Of a stretch of 64,000 nucleotides of DNA, positions 12,000 to 23,745 are shown one piece after another. Every line of letters starts with the position of its first letter. Position 1 is the stretch's first letter. The translations under genes were made by a program, and so were the position numbers. The notes below the pieces were generated by a model. That model ran no database searches, was not told where the DNA came from, and was given only the letters and a program-made list of their open reading frames with translations. This DNA comes from Eledone cirrhosa (Eukaryota). The stretch covers positions 162,936,001 through 163,000,000 of the forward strand of contig OZ024741.1 in assembly GCA_964016885.1 (NCBI GenBank), in the 5' to 3' direction.

Positions 12000-13200
12000 G
12001 TTGACCCTCATGCGTTTTAAGATACACAAGGCTGCAAGCTTCCACCAATATGGTAGATCTGTCAGAGATCTCTTCTCAATTGTCCACCTATTTCTTTTGT
12101 CTTTAAGCTTTCCTGGAAATTTCGGAGCTAGATTTTCTTGAGTCTGTCTCCGTTCCATGTCCCTTCTCCTGATATTCATGCCATTGCAGTATTTGCTTGC
12201 TAAGTGGCTTTACACGCACAAAATATTACCTCCCAAGCAGAGCTGATGGAGCGCCATGGTCTTTTGGAGTGACTGGGGTTTCCTTCGCAAAACAATTTCT
12301 ATATCTGTGACGCTACCATCCCAGGCGACCATGAGGATTTTCTTTAGGCAATGTTGGCAAACATTGTCCAGCTTCATTGCCTCGTTTTATGTCATGCTTC
12401 ATGTTTCACCGTCATACAAAACTTTAGGCAAAACTATTATATTATAAAATAGAATTTTCATTCTAGTATTGATGTTTGATATTCTAAGATTTGATGATTT
12501 AATGCATGTTTTGTCAATTCTACTGTTATATTTATTTTTTATGTTTCCAACTCTACTGATCACATAGTCCATGTATTTTACAATCTGCTGTCATTGAGGT
12601 GGTGGTGGTGGTGGTGGTGGTGGGGGGGGATTTGAGTTGTGGATTTTAGCTACATCACCTTTATCTTTGCATAACAAATCCCGAGATCAATATTTCTACT
12701 TGTTCTTTGAGCGTGATGGTTTGTTCTTGCAGCCAAAATCTTGTATCTGCTAGTAGTTCAATGTCATCGGTAAAATTCAGATCACGAAACCTTTCCATTT
12801 TCCTCCACCGTAGTCGTGCAGGGTCACCATTTTTTTCCTTCTTCATTACAAATGCAACTGCTAACAAGAAGAGAAGTGGGGAGAGGATACAGATCTAAAG
12901 GATACCATTGATGATGTTACAGTTACCAGTATGACCAGTAACTGCCCTGACACATCAGCAGGAAGATGGTGAGGCTCTGTTGTGGGATTCTATAGTCTCG
13001 GACAATTTTCAGTAGACATCTCAAATAGAAGCTGTGAAGAGCCTTTTTAAAATCGATGAAGTCGATTGTCAGAACATATTGGAACGCTATGCACTGTTCC
13101 ACGATGCTTCTCAATATGAAGATGTGTTCAGTGCATGAGCGGTTCGAATCGAACGAAATCTCGGTTCCTCTCGCAGTGTTTACATCAATTCTCTGTTGAA
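12000..13200 (-). pseudogene. RTE-clade LINE reverse transcriptase remnant
   Basis: LRSIVEQCI...FIDFKKA, LSPLLFLLAV and DLNFTDDIELL motifs; multiple frameshifts. Confidence 0.75.
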
Positions 13201-13317
13201 TAATTTACTGCTAGCATTGTTGATATTGTTGTTATTGTTCTAAATGAATGCCATTACTACTACATATAGTAGCCTGTATATTCTTTTCATGCCTGTATAT
13301 TCTCTTCCTTCTCGCAA

Positions 13318-13377
13318 GCTCCGATGAACTGACTGGTTATAACTTTGTATTGGCGATCGAGTAACGTGAAAATAAGC
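13318..13377 (+). ncRNA. Highly degenerate hammerhead in a PLE-like terminus (~13270-13650)
   Basis: gct-CCGATGA-ac...gt-GAA-AAT-A-agc; the segment ends in (TA)n at ~13649. Confidence 0.3.
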
Positions 13378-14753
13378 GGATAGCGATCTCTAGACCTACC
13401 AGTTCAGAGAAAGAATTGTCAGCAATGAGATTAAAAACCTTTTTTTGTATAGCAAACCGTGTCACTCTTCTTTCCTGATTTATTATTACTCCAAGTGTTT
13501 ACAACATAGGAATTACAGCGTACTCGCAGCATCACTATGGAAACGCCTTGAGTCAAACTTAGCCAAGCGTTGATATCATCCACTACCCGGAGTACCATAA
13601 CTGGACTACACCTAAGTGGACTGCATATAACTATTATTTGTTACCCCGTATATATATATATATATATATATATATACTTGCATAACTTTAGGTGACTGGA
13701 AGACTCTTTAACTTGTTACAAACATTTCACAAGACGTTTACTTTATCAACATAATGTCAACATTGATTCTTCAATTCGGAACCTGTTTCCAAATAGATTT
13801 TTTAAAAACGTTCTTTCATTCTGTGAATACATTTATCACAAGACATCATCGTACGTATAGCACATATAGCACTATTCATATATTTCAGTCCACAACTAAA
13901 TTTCACGATATGGATACGAATTCCACTTCAAATATATTCAGATAAAAAATAATAAAAAGTTGGAGAAGAAAATATGAGTTATATCATAGATTTCAGTTGA
14001 AGTATCAAAAAATAGTTTCTACGTCTGAATTATTTTCTTGACGATAATACGACATGTTGGAAGATTGGAAAAATATTTACAACTATTGGACATTAAATTG
14101 CTTCAAAACATACTCATATCGCTGCTCTAAACATATATAGGTTAGAATCTATCACATACAGTCATACAGACATATCAACCCCTCAAACACAAAAAACACC
14201 TATCTATACATGTAAATAAATATAATCAATTTATACATTTACATAAACAGAATCAATATATACATACACTTATACATATACATATACATATACATATACA
14301 CAAATACAATCGATATATACATATACAAAAATACAATCAATACATATATATACATAAATATAACCAATATATACTTATACTTATAGTAGAAACAAATATA
14401 TACTTATACATAAATGCAACCAGGATACACATATCTATAAATAGAATCAAGATCAACATACACATGGATACATATATGCAATAACATTATACTGGTTCAT
14501 ATATATGCATTAATATAAGTACATACTCATACAAAAATGGTTTTTTGGAACATGTTACCAACTTTCTCAATTTATTATATGTTGTGTGGGGTTGGTAGAA
14601 CTCACAAAAGTAACAGAGAAGCGATGGCGGTGGTTATGTTCCGACAGTCGTTGAAATGTTGCACTAACTCAATCCATAATGTAGTTGGGAAATACCCAAA
14701 AGTCATTATATTCCACTTTGTAAGTTTCTTTTCTTATTATTTTACTGGTTTCA

Positions 14754-15153
14754 GGGCGGTGGATGGGCAGAATCGGTAGAGCGTTGGACAATGCTTTACG
14801 GCATAGAGTTACGGCTTCTATGTTCCTAGTTCAAATCAGGCCAAGGTCAACTTGGCCTTTCATCCTTGCGGGGTCAATAAAATAAAGCACCAGTAATACA
14901 CTGGAGTTGACTTTTAATCGACTTTTCCCTTCCCCCAAATTGTTGGCGTTGCGCCTAAATAAAAAAAACCATTAGCAGTATCAGTAGAGGGTCGGACGCT
15001 ATGCGTTGCAGCACAGAGTTACTCCCCTTTATGATCTGAGTTCAAATCCCGCCGAGGTTAACTTTGCCTTTCATCTCTACGGGGCCGATAAAATAAAGTA
15101 CCACTAATGTACTGGAATAATTGCTGGCCATGTGCCAAATGTAGAAACAATTA
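14754..15153 (+). mobile_element. Two tandem SINE family A copies
   Basis: A/B-box-like head and tttcatcc...gataaaataaagtacc core, twice. Confidence 0.85.
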
Positions 15154-15495
15154 TTTTATTGGTTTCAAATAAGGAAACAATTGCTATAGTAGGTTCGAAG
15201 CCGCTTGATTTACAGGGTTGTTAGAGTGTTGGACAAATATTGCTAAGTATTTGTTCTGACTATTTACATGCATCTTATCAGTATAAACGGGTTAGGGTTA
15301 GAGTGAGTCGTTTCATGAGTCTTGAAAGTCCGTTAGCTCTTTACAAATACCAACCTTTTTGAGAAAACACACACACACACACACACATACATATATATAT
15401 ATATGTATGTAAAAGGTAAACAGAAATAATAACACAATCGGAACAGTATATGGAAGGAATGTATTAGGTTGACGCTTGAAATAGCAGGAAGAGGG

Positions 15496-15531
15496 TCTTA
15501 ACGTTTCGGGCGCTAGTCCTTCACCAGAAGA
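15496..15531 (-). ncRNA. Minimal hammerhead with one core substitution, in a PLE remnant (~15410-15600)
   Basis: Minus strand: tctt-CTGGTGA-aggactagcgccc-GAA-ACGT-T-aaga. Confidence 0.6.
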
Positions 15532-15968
15532 AAGAATGAGAAATAAGATAGATTGTAGGGACGGGCTGGGTGGAATTGGAAAAAAAAGTCTTTAGATAAA
15601 AATAACAGGTCCATTCATGTTGAAATCTCTTGGAAAATACTCCTACTGAATGCTTCTGGCTACAGGAGGGAAAACATGGGAAAAGTAGCAATTAAAGTGA
15701 ATTGGCCTTATGGTAAAGATCAACTAATACTGCTGTTTAACCAGCTCATGATAGGAAACAACAATACAGATTACGGGAGAAAAGAACTCGAGTAAGTCGA
15801 AAAGGACTAAATGAAAGTGAGGCTAGACCATCCAATTATGATAAAGAAAAAACGCTGTATAAGTGGTGCCAGAGAAAAGAACAAAATGAAGAGACAGAGG
15901 TTGCAGTGTGTTACTGTGCACTATATGCGGCTATTATTGAGATACGGACATCGTCTGCATGAATAATA

Positions 15969-16143
15969 CAGACCTGTCAACTCTCCCTGTTAGATGAGGA
16001 GATCTTCCAGCCACTTGGGATCTGTGAGAAATGTCTTCCTTAGTGAAAATGGGTATAGTTTTCATTATGTAAAATCTCTCTATTTTGGCTCATTTCTCCC
16101 CGTTTGGTGGCACTTTTGGGGGTTTTAGAGGTTCGCAGGTCTG
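15969..16143. mobile_element. hAT-like MITE (family shared with 43233-43613)
   Basis: TIR cagacctgtcaac / gttcgcaggtctg; ataata on both flanks; interior homologous to the 43-kb copy. Confidence 0.7.
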
Positions 16144-16635
16144 ATAATAGCAGCAAGTTCCAGATGTTTGATCAGTATTCCAGAGCGGGATTCACTAGGG
16201 ATACATACAGGGTTAGTTATTGTTAGGTGTTGAAGTATTTCTAACCTTGAAGAAGTAGACTAGATTCAGTGATATATGCTGTGCATCTGAATTCTCCTAG
16301 AATAGGTATGCATGCTGACATAATACATCTTCGAAAGCTGACAACTCTTTAATGAACATTTTAACATAAACAACAAAAATTAAATAAAGACACATAAAAT
16401 AGAACGCGTCCTTGTGTCGTCAATTTTATGTCTTTATTTTAACGGAATTTCCACTCATTCATTTTCTTCTTAATTTTATATTTTTTTTGCATTGAAATCT
16501 TTTTATTCAGATTCCATTATGTTAGCGAGTAATCGCTGAAATAAAGATTCACATTTTATCTTTTGATTCTCTTTATATAAAGTGTATAAAAAACAAAGGC
16601 AAACAACCTTCATCAATCAAAAGGAAATCAATATC

Positions 16636-16636
<1 letters not shown>

Positions 16637-16666
<30 letters not shown>

Positions 16667-16803
16667 CTTCTTCTTCTTCTTCTTCTTCTTCTTCTTCTTC
16701 TTCTTCTTCTTCTTCTTCTTCTTCTTCTTCTTCTTCTTCTTCTTCTTCTTCTTCTTCTTCTTCTTCTTCTTCTTCTTCTTCTTCTTCTGCTGCTGCTGCT
16801 GCT
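16637..16803. repeat. (TTC)n then (CTG)n microsatellite
   Basis: Seen directly. Confidence 0.95.
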
Positions 16804-18494
16804 GAAAATTCAGCGAATAAAGTAATTTTTTAACAGGATTTCCTTCTAAAAAAATACTTCAGTTTTACCAACGGAAGGCTTTTCGATTATTTAAGGATCT
16901 ATCCTATTAACTCCTTTTTATAAGGCTTGGCTTTAGTTATTTTAGCTGTTTACGTAGATTTGGCAAATAACCAATTTCAATATTTACACGCACAGTAAGC
17001 TGGTCGCCTCAGAAGCAGCTGGAAGAGGTGCTCCCAACAGTGGTAGTAGTCGTAGCCTAAATACACTCAACCTTAATCTGATGATAAACAATCGAACATA
17101 ATTAAAGCAATAACCGATAATGAAAATATGAAACATACAAACAGAACTTCAAATTGAAGCATACAAACATAGAGTTATACAGAAGACACACGCACACATT
17201 CAAATTATTTTCGGAAACATTAATTTGAATGGAAAAATAAAGACAAACGGTTAATTGTCACTGTATTGCATCTCGGCTAAGTGTAATTGTATGTCCGTGT
17301 TGATTTAGGATCCGTAACTTAGCGGAGATATTGATAAAATAACTTCCTACTTAATTACTGAAAGAGTAGATGTGCTATATCTTAAATGACAGTGTCTTTC
17401 TCTGACGAATTTATACAAGAAAAGATGAGGAAGTAAGTGACATACGTCCTAGAGAAAGATTTGGTCAATGTGAGGTAGAATGTGAAAGAAAAAAAATACA
17501 GGTAAACTATTATATATGCCTTTTCCGTGCGAGAAAGTGCATATCAAAAGGTGTTTCTCATTTTTAAGACAGAGGAAGAGTTGAGAAGAAAGGTAGGCCT
17601 AATGTACCATACACCTGATAGAGAATCAGTTGAGAGAAGAGGTAGATCTATTGTCCCACATACCTGCTCTAAGATATATGCCAGAGTACTTGCTCTCAAG
17701 AATATGACACCGACCCTTGGTTGAACTTATGATAAATACTCCTGAAAACTCATAGAAACATGTTCTGCTCGAAAAGCAAATGGGTAGGGCACTGCTAATA
17801 TACTTAATATACCGAGAAAAGAGATGTTCTTAAATTTAAATGAAGATGAAAATTCATTAATTTAAAGATTAGTGTTAGTCAAGGAAATCAGGGAAAACCA
17901 CCTCATTAAAATCACTTCATTAAAATAATGGAAGCAATGTAGTGGGTCGTTGTTGAATCCTGGAAGTACGATGGCAACTCTTAACGTGTTTTGGTCGTGT
18001 TGGACCTCCTCAGTGTCTTCACCTCAAGGCTTACTGCGGACATCTACAGAAATGTCATCACCAATCATGTAAGCAACAATCATAAGGATGTCAAATTCAC
18101 TAGCAGCAGCAGCAGCAGCACTAATGAAACAATGTATAATTTGCAACAGCAGCAACAGCAAGAATAATGCCATAAATATCGATATACGATAATATTAATA
18201 ATATTAATGCATGCATGAAATCGCAACTTCTGATGGTGTCCTAGGGACTGTGTTGTGGCATCACTTGGAGTTTTCAAGCCTACCAAATCCCATCCTCTCT
18301 TCAGGTCAGAATACAACCGGTTATTTCCAGAGATGGAAAGAGAGAAAGGGAAAAAGAAAAAGAGAGAGATAGTGTGTGTGTGTGTGAGAGAGAGAGATAT
18401 AGGGAGAGAGAGAGATAGATAGATATATAGATTGTTAGAGAGAGAGAGAATAAGCTAGAGATAAAAAAGAAAAATTGGTTCAGATATTGGTCTT

Positions 18495-18620
18495 GCGCTT
18501 TTTATCGGCCTCGGAAGGATGAAAAGCGAAGTTGACCTCGGCGGGATTTGAACTCAGAGAGCCAGAACGAACGCCAGAAAGCATTCTATCCGACGTTCCA
18601 ACGGCGACTCTACCAAATCA
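18495..18620 (-). mobile_element. Degenerate SINE family A
   Basis: ggatgaaaagcgaagttgacctcggcgggatttgaactcag. Confidence 0.7.
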
Positions 18621-18913
18621 CTCTGTAATATCAATAACAATATATAAATCAATTAGAAATACAGTTCTAGAGTAAGAAATAACAGCTATACAAACTTCAT
18701 CAATATAAAGTAAACAGTAACAAGAATGAAAGAAGTTGAGGAGGAAAAGCAGTAAATAATGATAATAGTATTAGCTAAGCGTTTATTTAAACCTCTGAAA
18801 AACATCTAAAGACAAATCTAGCGATGGAGCTCATGAAAGAGGTTGAACATCAGAGAGATTATTAGATTGTAGCTAGAGCTATAGGAAGTGATGCAGAAAG
18901 GATATGTTTAAAC

Positions 18914-19210
18914 AAGTGGTTCTTAGCCATTTCTTTGCCATTTTACGACTCCTGAACTCCAACTGAACGCTGAATATATTCTCACACCACCTCATTCTAA
19001 TTGCCTAGATCACCATTATTTCCAATTTTAATAGGTACCAATACGATTCTAACAGATGTCAATACTTAGGTGGTAATTTACATATGGTTAACTACGGGTA
19101 GAAGAGGCAAGCAAACCGCACAGAAAACGGCACTAGAGATCTAGTACCATATCGAAAGTCTTTGGTTACAACACCACGAATTGGTATAGAGATCTGGTTA
19201 AGAATGCCTG
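18914..19210. mobile_element. Possible Charlie-type hAT MITE
   Basis: Imperfect TIR aagtggttcttagcc / ggttaagaatgcctg; flanks gtttaaac / ttataaat. Confidence 0.35.
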
Positions 19211-19315
19211 TTATAAATCATTAACTCCTCTTGAAACAAACAGTTAGCTTCATATTAAACTGGAATATTACAGTACTTTCAGAGAAAATTCACCCAATAT
19301 GATGCATGTATAAAA

Positions 19316-19316
<1 letters not shown>

Positions 19317-19346
<30 letters not shown>

Positions 19347-19610
19347 CTTCTTCTTCTTCTTCTTCTTCTTCTTCTTCTTCTTCTTCTTCTTCTTCTTCTT
19401 CTTCTTCTTCTTCTTCTTCTTCTTCTTCTTCTTCTTCTTCTTCTTCTTCTTCTTCTTCTTTCACTTATTCCCGAAAGAGTTGTAGGAGCAGAGTCCCCAA
19501 AGACCCCCTTCCAACGTCCCTGTAATAAGAAGCAACCACCACCAATTGATCCGGTTGGATCCCCAGACGTGACCAGCCAAGCCCATGGATGTTATCCAAC
19601 CATCTTGCCG
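19317..19610 (-). mobile_element. LINE 3'-end remnant with (GAA)n tail; (TTC)n at 19317-19460
   Basis: Minus strand LAGHVWG resembles the W.GHV.R motif of RTE C-termini and runs into the trinucleotide tract. Confidence 0.5.
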
Positions 19611-20814
19611 GTTGTTAAATATTCCATAATATATTACATAATATATTCTACATTTAGTCCAACAAGTGAACACTGATTTTGAGATAGCTTTGCTTCTCTC
19701 TATTGACACGAATAGTCAGCTATATGTTTCTGAAATGTATCTTTAAAAAGTGAGAATTTATAAGAATTCCAGTTTCCATTCTTATAAATATATCAGAATT
19801 CATTACAAATGTGTGTGAGCTCTAGAAATCTTAAGTACTAGCGCACACATCTAGATTAAATCTAATTCATATTGCTAATGCTCTCTGGGAGTATACGACG
19901 GGTTTGCGTATTTAAACTTCGTTAGAAATTACATACTTCATGAATATTGAAAAGACAATAGATGTATTGTGTCTTCTCTATTTACAACATTTCGCAATTG
20001 GCATTATTTTTGTGTTGCCTTCATTGATACACACCTAAACAGTTGTCTATGACTTATTTTCTAACACTTGACAAAGAACTATATGAAAGAGAGCGAATTA
20101 TATTCGTACATCTACATTCGCCATTGTCATTACGCCTGCATTAAAATACTATCAGAAAAACTATCCTTCGGGTGGTTTTCTGCTAGCATGTGTAGTGTGT
20201 ATATTGATATTATACGCAAATATATATGCATGTAGATATGATACGTCAAATAAAATCATAATTGAGAACATGCACAGAAATTGAAGAGAGACTGTGTTAC
20301 AGTGTCTTCTATAATCGATAAAGTAATCCATGATACATTTAAAAAAGATGATATTATATATAAACTGCATTACGGTGAAATTTTATGAAAACGAAAAAGG
20401 AGAAAATTAGCGACGGAAATATAAAACGTTATGATATAACGATGCAAATATATGAACGTTTATATAAGCGATATAATATAGCGTCCGTTATACCATAACC
20501 GGAAGTTTTGACATTTGACAATTTTAAAACAAGTGAATCTTGAAATAACCAATAAAATTATTTATATTTAATCATTTATGTAATATTCATTCATTATGTA
20601 TTCAAAGTAACTTATTTGACAAACGGGATAAAAAAAATATATTCAAGACGCAGTCCCGCACTCCTCCCTTTATTATATTATGAGGTTAAATTTATCACCG
20701 CACGCTAATGTGGATATAGAATAAAACACATTTGGGGTTTAAATAAAAATTTGAACGCCTTATCGTTGTTTTATACACTTATAGTATTGACTATATATAT
20801 ATATATATATATCT

Positions 20815-21383
<569 letters not shown>

Positions 21384-21402
21384 ATATATATATATATATA
21401 TA

Positions 21403-21436
<34 letters not shown>

Positions 21437-21468
21437 AGAAAAACCACAGACCCTCCATCTCAACTCAC

Positions 21469-21505
21469 CTTTTGAAAAGCAGAATAACTGCGAAACCGGT
21501 AAAAG
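21469..21505 (+). ncRNA. Degenerate hammerhead in a (TA)n-bounded PLE terminus (21434-21642)
   Basis: cttt-TGAAAA-gcag-aataa-ctgc-GAA-ACCGGT-A-aaag. The 3' half and stem II are perfect; CTGAAGA has decayed. Confidence 0.55.
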
Positions 21506-21636
21506 AACCAAATAAATATATATATTTTTAAAAAAAATAAGACTTCAGTTGCATTTTCGATTTCATCTCTTTTTCTTTATACTTTCACTCGTGTAGGACA
21601 CCTCGGTTATTTTTCATTTTGTAAAAAAAACCTCAC

Positions 21637-21699
<63 letters not shown>

Positions 21700-21799
21700 G
21701 CAATGAAATATCTATGATCGTCGGCAAATCACTGATGAGGGACTCATTTTATTACATGTTATCCATGCGCTACCTGCAGTATTTTTCTCCATATTTTAT

Positions 21800-21845
<46 letters not shown>

Positions 21846-21849
<4 letters not shown>

Positions 21850-22033
21850 GAAGGAAATGTGGTAAGGAACCAAGTGGACCATAACGCACCAAAGTACTCA
21901 ATACTTAGGGTAGTACAGTGGGTAATAGGAACAAGTAAGACCCCGACGGCTGAGCTCAAGCCGTTTCGACGGCTAATTCTGTCCAGAATTAGCCGTCGAA
22001 ACGGCTTGAGCTCAGCCGTCGGGGTCTTACTTG

Positions 22034-22036
<3 letters not shown>
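21846..22036 (-). mobile_element. PLE 3' terminus with snap-back inversion (53-bp arms 21929-21981 / 21984-22036)
   Basis: Homologous to 23343-23500. Perfect hairpin with a 2-nt loop; contains the hammerhead 3' half GAA-ACGGC..GCCGT-C. Confidence 0.8.
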
Positions 22037-22101
<65 letters not shown>

Positions 22102-22318
22102 GTTAATATATCTGAATGTACAAGGTACCCCCAGAAATACATAGGTTGTCTATGATTCAAGGTGGTTCTATGGTAATAATTTGATATACCAGAACTTAAT
22201 ATCAAGATAAGCAGAACAAGCAAAATTTAACCAATTTTTCAAAATAAATCAAAATTAATTTACAACTAAAATTAATCAAAATTAAAAAATATAATATAAA
22301 TATTTACCTATTCAGATA

Positions 22319-22399
22319 GCCCTTACTGTACAGTTTCACTTTGCAAAACATTAGATATCACATGGATATTAATGAAAAATCAAAGATCATCAGAGAAGC
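22319..22399 (-). ncRNA. Type I hammerhead ribozyme, intact core
   Basis: Minus strand: gcttct-CTGATGA-tctttg...caaagt-GAA-ACTGTACAGT-A-agggc; 10-nt palindromic stem III. Confidence 0.8.
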
Positions 22400-22505
22400 A
22401 TTTTCCTTTCCTAGGGTTAAAAACCTCAGGAACGATAAAATATAAATGGGGACGAGGTCATATATTTTATCGTTCCTGAGGTTTTTAACCCTAGGAAAGG
22501 AAAAT

Positions 22506-22586
22506 GCTTCTCTGGTGATCTTTGATTTTCCATTAATATCCATGTGATATCTAATGTTTTGCAAAGTGAAACTGTACAGTAAGGGC
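22506..22586 (+). ncRNA. Mirror copy of the hammerhead with a core mutation (CTGGTGA)
   Basis: gcttct-CTGGTGA-tctttg...caaagt-GAA-ACTGTACAGT-A-agggc. Confidence 0.65.
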
Positions 22587-22711
22587 TATCTGAATAGGTA
22601 AATATTTATATTATATTTTTTAATTTTGATTAATTTTAATTGTAAATTAATTTTGATTTATTTTGAAAAATTGGTTAAATTTTGCTTGTTCTGCTTATCT
22701 TGATATATATA

Positions 22712-22743
<32 letters not shown>

Positions 22744-22797
22744 CGCAAAAAATGAAACGAAATTTCATTTCTCACTCTTAGTACGGCTGTTACTTAA

Positions 22798-23272
22798 ATA
22801 TAAGTATGTATATGTACATACATATATGTATACAGACGTACAGTAGTATGTATATATATATATATACATACATGCACACATTTATATATGTACTTATGGA
22901 TTCACCGAACATTTATTATAATGCTCGGTGTGTTTGTAAACAAACATCCCGAATTAAGCCGTACAGTGTCTAGCAATCATCGTTGCTCATTTGTTCAACA
23001 CTGACAAAGGAACGCTGTACCAGCTTCAAGCCTATTAGCCATCGTCAGCAACGTATACCTTCCTGCCAGATGATTGAACGTCTGAAAGCATATACCTTCC
23101 TTATGCATATCAACGGCTGAGCAGCCCAATTTGCATATCGAGTGAGTTAATCGAACATTATAATAAATGTTCGGTGAATCCATACGTACATATATAAATG
23201 TGTGCATGTATGTATATATATATATACATACTACTGTACGTCTGTATACATATATCAATGTACGTATACATA

Positions 23273-23279
<7 letters not shown>
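22798..23279. repeat. Inverted repeat pair, ~130-bp arms (22798-22927 / 23152-23279)
   Basis: tatggattcaccgaacatttattataatg vs cattataataaatgttcggtgaatccata; a few mismatches; the right arm runs into (TA)n. Confidence 0.85.
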
Positions 23280-23342
<63 letters not shown>

Positions 23343-23349
<7 letters not shown>

Positions 23350-23745
23350 AAGAATGTGTGGTAAGATACCAGGTGGACCATAACACACCAGAGTACTCGA
23401 TACTTAGGGTAGTAGAGAGGGTAATAGGAAAAGAGTCAGGACCCTGACTGCTGAGTCCCGGCCGGTCGAAACGGCCGGGACTCAGCCGTCGGGTTCCGCA
23501 CGCGAACGGACGTCGAGCGATTTGTGCGACGAACCAAGCTACAGGCGCATTCCTACAACACCCTACTGGCTCCCGACATTCCAGACCGCTTTCTCGCCCA
23601 GGGCCGACGACCATCTTCTTGGACGCCGGCACCCGGGCAATATAATGATAAACCACTGCGATCGATTGAAAATAACATGCGTTTATCATTGTTAAAGTAT
23701 CTCATCGTCGATAAGGTGTTGTTTCCCCAGGTGAGTAACTGAACC
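23343..23745 (-). mobile_element. PLE 3' region (pLTR plus possible decayed GIY-YIG C-terminus)
   Basis: Same terminus as 21846 and 11775; GC-rich body; internal hairpin at 23439-23497 derived from a hammerhead. Confidence 0.65.

Larger units (their letters stand above)
22095..22706 (-). mobile_element. PLE terminus with 246-bp inverted duplication (22199-22444 / 22461-22706)
   Basis: Arms are reverse-complementary with about 3 mismatches and a 16-nt loop; bounded by (TA)n on both sides; a hammerhead lies in each arm. Confidence 0.85.

Noticed and set aside
20157-20186. Hairpin followed by CTAG, Helitron-like 3' end
   Set aside because: The hairpin needs several G-U pairs, CTAG is followed by C rather than T, and no matching 5' end was found.
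21731-21745. CTGATGAG hammerhead start
   Set aside because: No downstream GAAA or stem III; at most a deleted remnant.
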